DNA from: a virus
Taxonomy: Duplodnaviria > Caudoviricetes
Reading direction: 5' to 3' (one strand)
IMG/VR virus record: IMGVR_UViG_3300048850_000165
Span: 1 to 35,833 of that record
Length of the DNA stretch: 35,833 nt
The translations under genes and the position numbers were made by a program. Shown here piece by piece: positions 18,237-26,420 of the stretch. Under the pieces are notes generated by a model that saw only the letters and a program-made list of their open reading frames with translations, was not told the DNA's origin and ran no database searches. Position 1 is the first letter of the stretch; every line of letters begins with the position of its first letter.

Positions 18237-19724
18237 TCAGTTGGTGGCGCTGGGCTGGTCGGCCTGGCGCTGCGCGCTGGCGGCCTGAAGCAGCCCGACC
18301 GCGGCCATGGCCGCGTTGAGCGAGAGGCCGTCGCGTTCCTGCAGCTCGCGGGCCAGTTCCATCCGGGCGCGAACGTCCGCAGTCGCGGCGCGGTCGCTGG
18401 CCTCCTGAGCGCGGGCCTTCACGGCGGCGCGCTCGACGGGGCTCATGCCGACCGCCTCCTGGGCGGCCTCGGTGTCGTAGATCCCGGCCTGGACGCCCTT
18501 GACCGCGGCGTCCATGGCCTGCGCGATGGCCGGAGTTGCGGCCTCGCGCCAGGCGACCTGCATGCGGTTGTAGTCCTGCGGCAGATCCGCGAGACGCACG
18601 CCGTCACGGGCAGCGACCGCCAGCCGCATCGCCCGGGCGTATGCCGGACCCCACGCGGTCTGCTTCTCCTGCGCCCGCAGGATCAAGGTCGTCTCGGCCG
18701 CGCGTCGGGCCTCGGCGGAGGCGGGGTTGTTCGTGTGGAGACCCAGATCGTCCGGCGGGAGCCCGCCAATCGCGGCGAGCGCCGACGTGAGCAGGTTGAT
18801 CCCCTGCACGAACCCGTCCAGGGTCGCCTCGGGGAACTGCCCGAACTCGACGCCCGTGCCGGCCAGCCAGGTCTTGCCCTTGGTGGCCTTCTCCCAGTAC
18901 GCCGCGACCTCGGCCTGGAGGCGCTCACGTTCATCCGGCGTACCGGTCGGGATCTGGATGCCCGTCGCGTAGCGGCGCGGGGTCGTGTAGAATTCCGCCG
19001 TCACCAGCAGGTCGGTTGCAAGCTTGTTGATGCCGTCCGCGATCGGAGCGATCGAGGCCAGCTCGGAGCGGCCGGTCCTGTTGAGCAGTCGCCCGCGGTT
19101 GACCAGCGGCACGACCGGAACCGCGCCGAGCGGGTTGACCAGCACCTGGTCGATCTCCCACGCGCCGCCCTTGTGAGCGACGTAGCGGATGACGCGGTCG
19201 CGGGTGTAGAGCGTCGCGAAGGAGTAGTCGCCGTCGTCCCAGCGCTTCAGCGCTGACCGGATCGAACTCCCGAAGGCGTCCCACTCGACGGTGACCTGGT
19301 GCGCGGACTCGACCGAGATGATCGGAGTCAGCGGGTCGTCGGGGTTGCCCCAGACCGCGAGGTAGCTGATCCCGTGGACCAGCGTGTCGATGTGCGCGTA
19401 GTGGCTCTCACCCGTCAGGTCGTTCGCGGTCCAGATCCGCCACAGCTCGTCGTCGGTTCCGCCACCCTGGCCGAGTCGGAAGCCCTCGACGTGTAGGCGG
19501 CGGGCAACCGAGTCGACGATGACCTCGGGCCAGTTGACGACCAGCGGCGTGAGGCGTGCCCCGACCTGCGCCCGAATCTCGGGAGCCATGAAGGAGAGGG
19601 GCTGATCGCCGGAGTAGTAGCGATCAACCCGGTCATAGGTGGTGTTCGCCAGCGCGAGCTGCTCGGCGAGACGCTGAATCTGCGACAGGTTCGGGTCCGT
19701 GGACGTGACAAGGGAGAGCGTCAC
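18237..19724 (-). CDS. portal protein (SPP1 gp6-like)
   Basis: YY.G.Q, NWP..IVD....RL.VEGF, G.VPVVPL.NR, GRSE motifs; GTG 19724 overlaps TerL stop. Confidence 0.92.
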   Translation of the reverse strand: MTLSLVTSTDPNLSQIQRLAEQLALANTTYDRVDRYYSGDQPLSFMAPEIRAQVGARLTPLVVNWPEVIVDSVARRLHVEGFRLGQGGGTDDELWRIWTANDLTGESHYAHIDTLVHGISYLAVWGNPDDPLTPIISVESAHQVTVEWDAFGSSIRSALKRWDDGDYSFATLYTRDRVIRYVAHKGGAWEIDQVLVNPLGAVPVVPLVNRGRLLNRTGRSELASIAPIADGINKLATDLLVTAEFYTTPRRYATGIQIPTGTPDERERLQAEVAAYWEKATKGKTWLAGTGVEFGQFPEATLDGFVQGINLLTSALAAIGGLPPDDLGLHTNNPASAEARRAAETTLILRAQEKQTAWGPAYARAMRLAVAARDGVRLADLPQDYNRMQVAWREAATPAIAQAMDAAVKGVQAGIYDTEAAQEAVGMSPVERAAVKARAQEASDRAATADVRARMELARELQERDGLSLNAAMAAVGLLQAASAQRQADQPSATN

Positions 19725-21121
19725 GGGAGCGCCACCATCCATCCCCCGCTGGTCTCGGTAGCCGCTACGGCTAGTCCGTGGAGTGCGAGCGCGGCGGCGA
19801 CCAGCGGAGAAATGTCCGCAGTCCCCTTCCGGTCGAGCACTCGTGAATCGGTCGTGGAGCGCCAGCGCGATGCGCGGACGCTGGTGTTGAGTGCTGGCTC
19901 GTTCCCGTGCCGGACAGTTCCGGCGGTGACCGCGTCCGAAAGCGCGTTGTGGGCTCGCGCCTGCTCGGCCGGGCCCGGCTCGATCGCGTCGATTACGAGG
20001 CCACGCGAGGCGGTGTCCACCACCGCGCGTCCACCCCAGGTCGCACGCAGATCGGCGGCACGGTCCGTCACCCAGCCGGCCGTCGGCCTGTAGTCGGCCA
20101 ACATCACGTGGGCGTGACCATCGGGTCGGCGCCACGCCACGGCGATTGCGGCCCAGGAGCGGTCAGGAGCCGTTGCGACCCCGAAGGCAGGCGTCCGACC
20201 GCGCTCTGCGTCCGGGTCCGCGAGAGCGGTCCAGGCGGCTCGGTCGATCGCTTCGGTCCCAGCGGCGCGATCCGCCCACAGTCCGAGTCGCTCGCGCGCA
20301 AACTCCTCGGCCGGAAGCGCGGCGCGCTCCGCGGCTACGAAGGACTCCCGGATCTGGAGCCCCATGCTCGGGTTTGCCTGCGCCCAGGCAGTCCGATCGT
20401 CTAGGTCGGCGCCGTCCTCGGCGGACCATTCGAAGTACGCAAGCGAGGGGTCAAAACCCCTCTGCCCACGCTCGCGGACGCGCCGCAGCGCATCCGAGTC
20501 GGCCATGCCGGCGCTGGACGTGTACCAGATCTGCGGGTTGGGTCGAGCCGACAGCGTCGGCAGGATCGCAGCGAGCGACTCGTCCGAGAGGTTGTATGCC
20601 TCGTCGATCACGACCAGGTCGGCGGAGAAGCCGCGGCCACTCTTGCTCGTGCGGGTCACGAACTTGAGGCGGGCGCCGCTGTTCAGCTCGATCGACTCTG
20701 CGCCGGATCCGGTCCGGATGATCCGGACCTGCTTGGCCAGCGTCTGCGAGCCCTCGATGAGGTCCCGCACCCGACGGAACGCCTCGGCGGCAGTCTTGAA
20801 CTCGTGTGCCGAGTGCAGGATCAGCGGAGGCGGCGCGTCCGGGTCGGACAGGAACAGCCAGGCCAGTTCCAGCGCCTCGAGGATCGACCCCTTGCCGTTC
20901 TGGCGAGGGACGATCAGGCCGACCTCGAAGGCAGCCCAGCTCGCGTCCGGGCGCTCGCCCATCGCCTCGCGGAGGACGTACTGCTGCCACGGGTGGAGCT
21001 GAAGACCTGCGAGCGCGGCCAGCTCTATCGCGTCGTCGCCCGCCGTGGAGACGGCGGGCGGAACGCTAGTGAGCCTTGGAAGCTGCGCGCCGACGCTGTC
21101 GCCGCTTGGCGAGGTCGTCAA
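19721..21121 (-). CDS. terminase large subunit
   Basis: LHPWQ, Walker A PRQNGKG, Walker B VVIDEA, ANPS.G, F.RERLG.W. Confidence 0.95.
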   Translation of the reverse strand: MTTSPSGDSVGAQLPRLTSVPPAVSTAGDDAIELAALAGLQLHPWQQYVLREAMGERPDASWAAFEVGLIVPRQNGKGSILEALELAWLFLSDPDAPPPLILHSAHEFKTAAEAFRRVRDLIEGSQTLAKQVRIIRTGSGAESIELNSGARLKFVTRTSKSGRGFSADLVVIDEAYNLSDESLAAILPTLSARPNPQIWYTSSAGMADSDALRRVRERGQRGFDPSLAYFEWSAEDGADLDDRTAWAQANPSMGLQIRESFVAAERAALPAEEFARERLGLWADRAAGTEAIDRAAWTALADPDAERGRTPAFGVATAPDRSWAAIAVAWRRPDGHAHVMLADYRPTAGWVTDRAADLRATWGGRAVVDTASRGLVIDAIEPGPAEQARAHNALSDAVTAGTVRHGNEPALNTSVRASRWRSTTDSRVLDRKGTADISPLVAAALALHGLAVAATETSGGWMVALP

Positions 21122-21326
21122 GCCCGTCCGTCTGGGTGGTCGCGGTCATGGTCGCTAGCTCGGCCAGCACCGACTGATACCGAGCGGCCAGGGGCGCCAG
21201 CTCCCGATTGCCAGCGCCCTCAATTGCGGTCGCCAGTCGGTCCCGGAGCGCCTCAAGCCGCTTGACGTGGTCGGCGCTAGGGGCGGCCGTCTTCGTCGGT
21301 CCCACGGGAGTTGAAGGGCGCGCCAC
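21066..21326 (-). CDS. terminase small subunit
   Basis: LEALRDRLA.AI...LA.L...DDL..RR..R pattern; GGAGG RBS; directly upstream of TerL. Confidence 0.8.
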   Translation of the reverse strand: MARPSTPVGPTKTAAPSADHVKRLEALRDRLATAIEGAGNRELAPLAARYQSVLAELATMTATTQTDGLDDLAKRRQRRRAASKAH

Positions 21327-21438
21327 AGCAACCTCCGGGGAGCAAGATCATTTGGCCTATGAGACCCGTAAAGAGAAATGAATACGGGCGGGTCAGAAAA
21401 GGCGTGACCATCCGGCCTAAGCCCCCGGGCCTTTCGTG

Positions 21439-21708
21439 CTACCAGCGGAGCGACGTGCTACGTGCTCGACGCTGAATGGCATTCGCGCGCTTACCCGCTT
21501 CGCTTAGGTTGCAGGCGCGGTGCCAGAACCCGAGTACCCGCGTTCCTGTCGGATCATGGGCGAGGTGCAACCACGGACCCATCGGTCCTAGTGGTCGTCC
21601 GCACCACCCGCACAGATCAGCGGGGTCATGGACTGCGGCGAGCGCCTGACGCTGCCTGCTGTGTTCGACCCCGTACTTCGCCTGGCGTGCGCTCTTTCCC
21701 CACGCCAT
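21439..21708 (-). CDS. HNH-like packaging-associated endonuclease
   Basis: YG..H...R, C..CG.P, L.H, H..CN; upstream of TerS. Confidence 0.75.
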   Translation of the reverse strand: MAWGKSARQAKYGVEHSRQRQALAAVHDPADLCGWCGRPLGPMGPWLHLAHDPTGTRVLGFWHRACNLSEAGKRANAIQRRARSTSLRW

Positions 21709-21754
21709 CGCTTACCGCGCCGACCTCTTGTCAAGCAGGACGGTCATGCATCGG

Positions 21755-21949
21755 TCAGCCATGCGGCGTGTCATCGTCCGGATTCCAACGAAGCGGGAGA
21801 CCGAAGCCCACATCGGAACGTGATACGTCGACCGGCATCGGCGCGGCATGCAGGCGAGGCGGTACAACCTCACGGGTCTCGTGGCCAGGGTTACCGAGGA
21901 TCTCGATGTCCAGAACATCTTGTCCGAACAGAGCAACGGTCAAACGCAT
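21755..21949 (-). CDS. small hypothetical phage protein
   Basis: 64 aa MRLTVALFG..., first ORF after AT-rich promoter. Confidence 0.5.
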   Translation of the reverse strand: MRLTVALFGQDVLDIEILGNPGHETREVVPPRLHAAPMPVDVSRSDVGFGLPLRWNPDDDTPHG

Positions 21950-21987
21950 AAATGGCGGCCGTCGAGAAGCATGGAGCTACCCAGACA

Positions 21988-22020
21988 AGTAGAATGTATC
22001 ACATTCAACATCATCAAGAT
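21988..22020 (-). promoter_or_regulatory. putative late-operon promoter
   Basis: AT-rich TTGATGATGTTGAATG-TGATACATT with extended -10 (TGnTACATT). Confidence 0.45.
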
Positions 22021-22625
22021 GCCATCTTCTCGGCGAATACTTCACCCATGAAGTCCCCAAGAATGCTGGCATTCCACTGCCACTGATTCCCGGTGGGATC
22101 TACACAGGTGGATTCACTGCAATAGAGGACGCCGACCGAGTACTCGTCACTGGCCCGAAGCCGAAGTGAGGACGGGGCCGTGCTGCAGTGCGGACAGGAG
22201 AGCGCGCGCACCACGGCGTCGGGGCGCACCTCGTCCAGGAGCAGACGCGCCTGTCGGATCCAGCGAGCACACGCCTCCTCGACCTCCTGGCGGGTCTCGA
22301 TCCACACGCGTCCGGTGTCAACCAAGTCGGGGAACTGCGCCAACGCCTCGAACAGGTACGCGCGGCGAGGCCTGCCGAACACCTGCTCGGTCGCCTCTCG
22401 ATACAGCTGCGTCCCATCCCGATGCACGGACACCAGCAGGTTGAGCGGACCCATTCCGAGCGGCGGGCGCGAGCCCGGACCCTTCGAGTACCTACCTGCT
22501 GCGCCCGACCGTAGCCCGAGGCAGTGTTCCTCGACCGCGGGCAGAAGCCCGATCCGGCGACCCGTTGATTGCTCAGTGAAACCGTCGAGCAAAAGGGCGC
22601 TGACATCGTCACGCAGATCTGACAC
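22014..22625 (-). CDS. actinophage Zn-ribbon protein upstream of packaging genes (putative late-gene activator)
   Basis: GSRPPL motif, C-terminal CPHC...C....C...W; activator role inferred from position only. Confidence 0.7.
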   Translation of the reverse strand: MSDLRDDVSALLLDGFTEQSTGRRIGLLPAVEEHCLGLRSGAAGRYSKGPGSRPPLGMGPLNLLVSVHRDGTQLYREATEQVFGRPRRAYLFEALAQFPDLVDTGRVWIETRQEVEEACARWIRQARLLLDEVRPDAVVRALSCPHCSTAPSSLRLRASDEYSVGVLYCSESTCVDPTGNQWQWNASILGDFMGEVFAEKMAS

Positions 22626-22769
22626 GCGTCTCCTATCGCGAATGGAGACAGCCGCTCGCCCGCCTATTCAGCGGACGCGCGGCTGTTAGGCGAATGGTAT
22701 CGCCCGACGCGCGAAAGCTCTGCCACACGAAGGCCCCGGATTCGCTGGCTGATGTCGCCCTTTTCCGAG

Positions 22770-22910
22770 TGCGGCCCGCACATGCTCGCCGTTGTAGTGC
22801 CGCTGATAGCCGAAGTCATCCCGCTATTTAGGTGGCCGACGCTGGAACGGCGGGTCCGCAATGACGTGTCCCTCACCAAGGAACTGACCGACGGGATGGG
22901 TAAGCGATCG
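22770..22910 (+). pseudogene. truncated homolog of the 24122-24787 membrane protein
   Basis: VVVPLIAEVIPLFRWPTLERRVRNDVSLTKELTDGMGKR vs VVVPLLAAAIPLFRWPTLERRTRRHVALIKELPDGMGKR; similarity stops after KR. Confidence 0.8.
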
Positions 22911-23027
22911 GGCGTTGCAAAACGGAAGTTGTGTTCCGATGATCCGGCGCAGCCGCGGACTCACTGATAAGCCTCCGGAACGCCCGTGACCGCGGATCAG
23001 TGACCCGACGGTGAAGTCTGGGAGTGA

Positions 23028-23558
23028 CTACTCCTTAGTCTCGCCCTCTTCGTCGGCTGGATCACGCTCCGTCAGCTCTAGCGTCATGGTGTCCTGAAAG
23101 AAGTCGTCCAGCTTGGCCAGATCCTCCAGGCTAGGCGGCTGAGGTCCGGGTATGTCGTCTCTAACGTTGTCCGTGTAGCGCTTAAGAACGGCCACCTGGT
23201 AGTCGGCAGCAGCCTTGACAACCCGTGACCGATTGGCCCGGTCAAAGAGCCACAGGAGTCCGCTTGCCGCGAAGAATGGCGCGGTGTATGGAGCGACCTC
23301 AAACACGATAGTGAGTGGGCTGGCATAGGAGAGGCGCTTGACTTCCATGTACCCGCCGCCCGAGGCAAGAAGCCACCGATCATCTTGCTCCCCATCCGCC
23401 CAATAGGCCGCTTGTTGGCCGATGTCAAGGGCGTGGCCGAGCCGATCCAGGTAGGAGAGTATGGACCCGAACTCATTGTCACTGTCCGGACTCTCGCGAC
23501 GTTGGACAGTTAGGAATAGATCAACGTCCTGGCGCGTATGGAAGTCGCTGAGGGTCAC
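23028..23558 (-). CDS. accessory hypothetical protein, one hydrophobic segment
   Basis: 176 aa, RLSYASPL motif; leaderless TAGGGT-N6-GTG. Confidence 0.7.
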   Translation of the reverse strand: MTLSDFHTRQDVDLFLTVQRRESPDSDNEFGSILSYLDRLGHALDIGQQAAYWADGEQDDRWLLASGGGYMEVKRLSYASPLTIVFEVAPYTAPFFAASGLLWLFDRANRSRVVKAAADYQVAVLKRYTDNVRDDIPGPQPPSLEDLAKLDDFFQDTMTLELTERDPADEEGETKE

Positions 23559-23849
23559 GCAGGCACCCTAGCGGCGCACAGCGTGAGGCGTAACTGAGCG
23601 ACGCCGCAACCGCCTTCCGCTGGGGCTCTCCGCTCAAGAAGTAGCTAACCCGGGAACCAACCGAGTCGACCATGTCGTCGAGAGGGGCCTTCGGGAACGC
23701 GACGAGCATCACGGATCGGTAACGATCCGGCGATCTGCTTGTCGGAAGGGGCTGCAAGTCGGGAGAAGTCTCATGGACACGCTCATCGACGCCATCGAAG
23801 CCCTCGCAGCCCTCGTCTCAGTCGTCACGCCGTGGTTGCAGAGGCAGGG

Positions 23850-23877
23850 TGTCGGCACCCGCAGAGAGCATGGCCGG
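23850..23877 (+). promoter_or_regulatory. PafBC-type leaderless promoter (variant -10)
   Basis: TGTCGG(23850-55)-N10-GAGCAT-N6-GTG(23878). Confidence 0.6.
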
Positions 23878-24084
23878 GTGCCCGACGACGACCGCCGCCC
23901 GTACACACCTCCGCGAGCGGTGGACGTCGAGCACGATGACGGGACCTGGTACCCGGGTTGGCAGGACGCATGGGTCCGGTGGCCGGATGGGAGCTGGCGC
24001 GCCTCGGTCAGCTACACCATCGCGCCCGGAACGAAGTACCTGCGATCCGTGCCGGCGGAGAAGGTGAGACTGCCCGACCGATGA
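23878..24084 (+). CDS. small Trp-rich SH3/Tudor-like protein
   Basis: 68 aa, DGTWYPG..DAW....DGSWRA.V.Y......VPAE.VR; alternative ATG at 23773. Confidence 0.7.
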   Translation: MPDDDRRPYTPPRAVDVEHDDGTWYPGWQDAWVRWPDGSWRASVSYTIAPGTKYLRSVPAEKVRLPDR

Positions 24085-24093
24085 CCCGGGCGC

Positions 24094-24121
24094 TGTCGGG
24101 CGTCCCATCTAGTCTCCGCGC
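24094..24121 (+). promoter_or_regulatory. PafBC-type leaderless promoter (full consensus)
   Basis: TGTCGG(24094-99)-N10-TAGTCT(24110-15)-N6-GTG(24122). Confidence 0.75.
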
Positions 24122-24787
24122 GTGGTCCTTCAGATCCTCAGCGTGGTCGTGCCCCTCCTCGCTGCGGCGATCCCGCTGTTCCGCTGGCCGACGCTGGAGA
24201 GGCGCACCCGCCGACACGTCGCGCTCATTAAGGAGCTGCCTGACGGCATGGGAAAGCGCTTCCGTGATGCGGTCGAGGATGAGCTGCGGGAGCTCGGCCA
24301 CCGGTCCGAGCAGCGACTCACCCGCAACGTCCGAGCGCTGGAGTTCGCCGTCCGGACCGCGATCGTCCTAGGGCTCTTCACGCTCAGCGCTGTCGCCTAC
24401 CGCCGCGTCACCGAGAGCGACAACGTCCTCATCACGCTCGGCCAGGGACTGTGGATCGCCCTCTCAATGGTCGTCTTCATCGGCCTGCTGTCGATGCTCT
24501 GGAAGGCAGCAGGGTCCCGCTACGAGATGGAGAGGCTCGGCCGTCGCGCGCAGGACGAGGGCAAGAGCCTCATCCTCATGAACGGTGCCTGGCAGGTGCT
24601 CAGCGATGAGGAGTACGAGGAGCGCAAGCGCCGCCGCAACTCCGGCGCCGCTAATCACGAAGAAGCCCCGCCGCAAGCAGCGACGGGGCAACTCGGAGAT
24701 AGCGGGTTCACTCCCCAGACGAACCAGCCAGAGCCAGACGGTGAAGCACCCGGGCATCCCCCTCTCAGTGACTCAGAGCGGAACTGA
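24122..24787 (+). CDS. accessory membrane protein (3 TM)
   Basis: 221 aa, N-terminal plus two internal hydrophobic helices, charged tail. Confidence 0.75.
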   Translation: MVLQILSVVVPLLAAAIPLFRWPTLERRTRRHVALIKELPDGMGKRFRDAVEDELRELGHRSEQRLTRNVRALEFAVRTAIVLGLFTLSAVAYRRVTESDNVLITLGQGLWIALSMVVFIGLLSMLWKAAGSRYEMERLGRRAQDEGKSLILMNGAWQVLSDEEYEERKRRRNSGAANHEEAPPQAATGQLGDSGFTPQTNQPEPDGEAPGHPPLSDSERN

Positions 24788-24988
24788 CGCCTCTCGCTCC
24801 GCGGTGCTCGCGGATCGCCGTGAAGGCGGCAGGCGGTCTTCGGCGGGGATCTGCGAGACAGTGGACGCCGACTCCGTCAACAGCGGAGCCAGCTCCTCGG
24901 CCAGCTGCTCGGGATCGCGCAAGCACGCCGCAGCCGTAGCGTGAACGGCGTCAGCCTGGACGCTGGTCAGCCGATCCCACACGCTCAC
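24773..24988 (-). CDS. small hypothetical phage protein, possibly truncated
   Basis: GTG 24988 overlaps upstream TGA; VSVWDRLTSVQADAV... Confidence 0.4.
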   Translation of the reverse strand: MSVWDRLTSVQADAVHATAAACLRDPEQLAEELAPLLTESASTVSQIPAEDRLPPSRRSASTAEREASVPL

Positions 24989-25452
24989 ACTCCGAAGACC
25001 CGGATCCCGTGTCGACCGCCGGCGCCGCGGGTCGGACCTTTTCGAGTCGGCAGCACCCCCGAAGCCTGCCAGGAAAGAAGGAGGTTGTTTGCCCGTCCGT
25101 AGCTGATGCACAACAGCTTGGATAGCTCCGCGACCGAGAAGCCGTAACCGTCGTCTTCTCGCATGACGGCCGCAACGGGATCGACCGTTCCGGCGTCCCG
25201 GATAGGCGCGACGATCTTGCCCCTTCGCGCAGCGGGCCCTGGCTCGTGCGTAAGTCCCGGGGTGTCGGACGGAACGGTCGTGACCTTCCATCGGGTGTCC
25301 GTCTCGGTGACGTGTCCCCATTCCCGGGCGTGCCTACTTGCCGTCACGAGGCTGTCGTCTCCGGCGCCCGACTGCACACATTCGCGGCACCGCCACGAGT
25401 CCAGCCGGGTCTCGTAGGTCTCCTCAATCGCAAATCCGACCGCACTATTCAT
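24985..25452 (-). CDS. Zn-finger plus winged-HTH phage protein
   Basis: WRCREC...H.....H then FSVAELSKLLCISYGRANNLL. Confidence 0.65.
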   Translation of the reverse strand: MNSAVGFAIEETYETRLDSWRCRECVQSGAGDDSLVTASRHAREWGHVTETDTRWKVTTVPSDTPGLTHEPGPAARRGKIVAPIRDAGTVDPVAAVMREDDGYGFSVAELSKLLCISYGRANNLLLSWQASGVLPTRKGPTRGAGGRHGIRVFGV

Positions 25453-25547
25453 TCAGCAGCTCCAGGCCGGGACACCGAACTTGTGCTTGTACCGCTGACC
25501 CTAAACGCCCATAAGGCCGTAGGACTAGGCGGCCCTACTAAGCGCCA

Positions 25548-26354
25548 TCAGGATCCGCTAGTTGGATCTTCACCTTTCGGTGTTCGACCAGGTCTGCCAT
25601 CTCGGTGAGCACGTGGCACACTATCGGCTTTGTTCTCGTCTTTTGCGAGGATCACGAAACGGCCATTTCCTGTGCGCAGAATTTCCACGCCGGGGCCGAT
25701 CGCCTTTCCGATCCGCTCCATGAAGTCGATGTCGCTGAGGGTCGTGACCACCCGGTCCGGCGCTCGTGAAGGAATAGGGATCCGCGGTCGGTTAACCGTC
25801 TGACTGGTGTTCCGGACCAGCTCGAGGATCTCCTCCAGCAACTCGCGGTCCTTGCGGTGAGGTGCCTCCGGCCGCCCCGGCTCCTGGACGGCCCGCAGCC
25901 GCTCCTGAAGCTGCGGCCAGAGCCCAGTAAAGGCGGCGCTGAGGGCCTGATCCGGCCGGGGACGCTCCAGCGCCCCGTTGAGCGACGTGACGACGTCCCG
26001 CATGCCGGCCTCGTCGGCCGACTTCATGTGGAACTGGCTCAGCGGGGACGTCACGTCCGACGTAGCCAGCCGCCACAGCAGCGGGACGACTCGCGCGGCG
26101 TCCACCGACTTGCTCAGGGCCCCGGCCTCGAACAGCAGCCACGGCGCCGAGAGGTTGGTCGGCGTGAGGCACAGGATCCCGAAGTCGCTGTCCTCCAAGG
26201 CGCCCGAGATCACCGAGCTCCAGCGGACGCCGGCCTCGTTGTCCCGCGCGGACATGTACGGCTCGACGCTCTCGAACATCGTCGGGAGCCAGTCGCGGAC
26301 GGCCTCTGCGATCTGACGGCTCTCCGGACCCGACCAGCTGATGAAGACCTTCAC
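25548..26354 (-). CDS. TIR-domain protein (putative NADase/anti-phage)
   Basis: KVFISWSG, G.RW...I...L..S.FGILCLTP.N, PWLLFEAGAL with catalytic-type Glu; leaderless TAGCCT-N7-GTG 26354. Confidence 0.9.
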   Translation of the reverse strand: MKVFISWSGPESRQIAEAVRDWLPTMFESVEPYMSARDNEAGVRWSSVISGALEDSDFGILCLTPTNLSAPWLLFEAGALSKSVDAARVVPLLWRLATSDVTSPLSQFHMKSADEAGMRDVVTSLNGALERPRPDQALSAAFTGLWPQLQERLRAVQEPGRPEAPHRKDRELLEEILELVRNTSQTVNRPRIPIPSRAPDRVVTTLSDIDFMERIGKAIGPGVEILRTGNGRFVILAKDENKADSVPRAHRDGRPGRTPKGEDPTSGS

Positions 26355-26420
26355 GCAGGTGAGGCTATGAGACCTACACGGCCGGGACATGTCGACGCTC
26401 TCAGCTAGCCTCCTGGCGTG
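26352..26420. promoter_or_regulatory. divergent pseudo-palindromic promoter; PafBC-type on plus strand
   Basis: TGTCGA(26390-95)-N10-TAGCCT-N6-GTG(26418); mirror TAGCCT on minus strand. Confidence 0.7.

Noticed and set aside
19725-20135. 632-aa version of the portal ORF
   Set aside because: Extension overlaps TerL out of frame; GTGA-coupled start at 19724 fits better
2345-21265. Many long plus-strand ORFs (e.g. 17162-18319, 18018-19256, 13642-14598)
   Set aside because: Antisense shadows of high-GC genes; Arg/Pro/Ser-rich with no motifs
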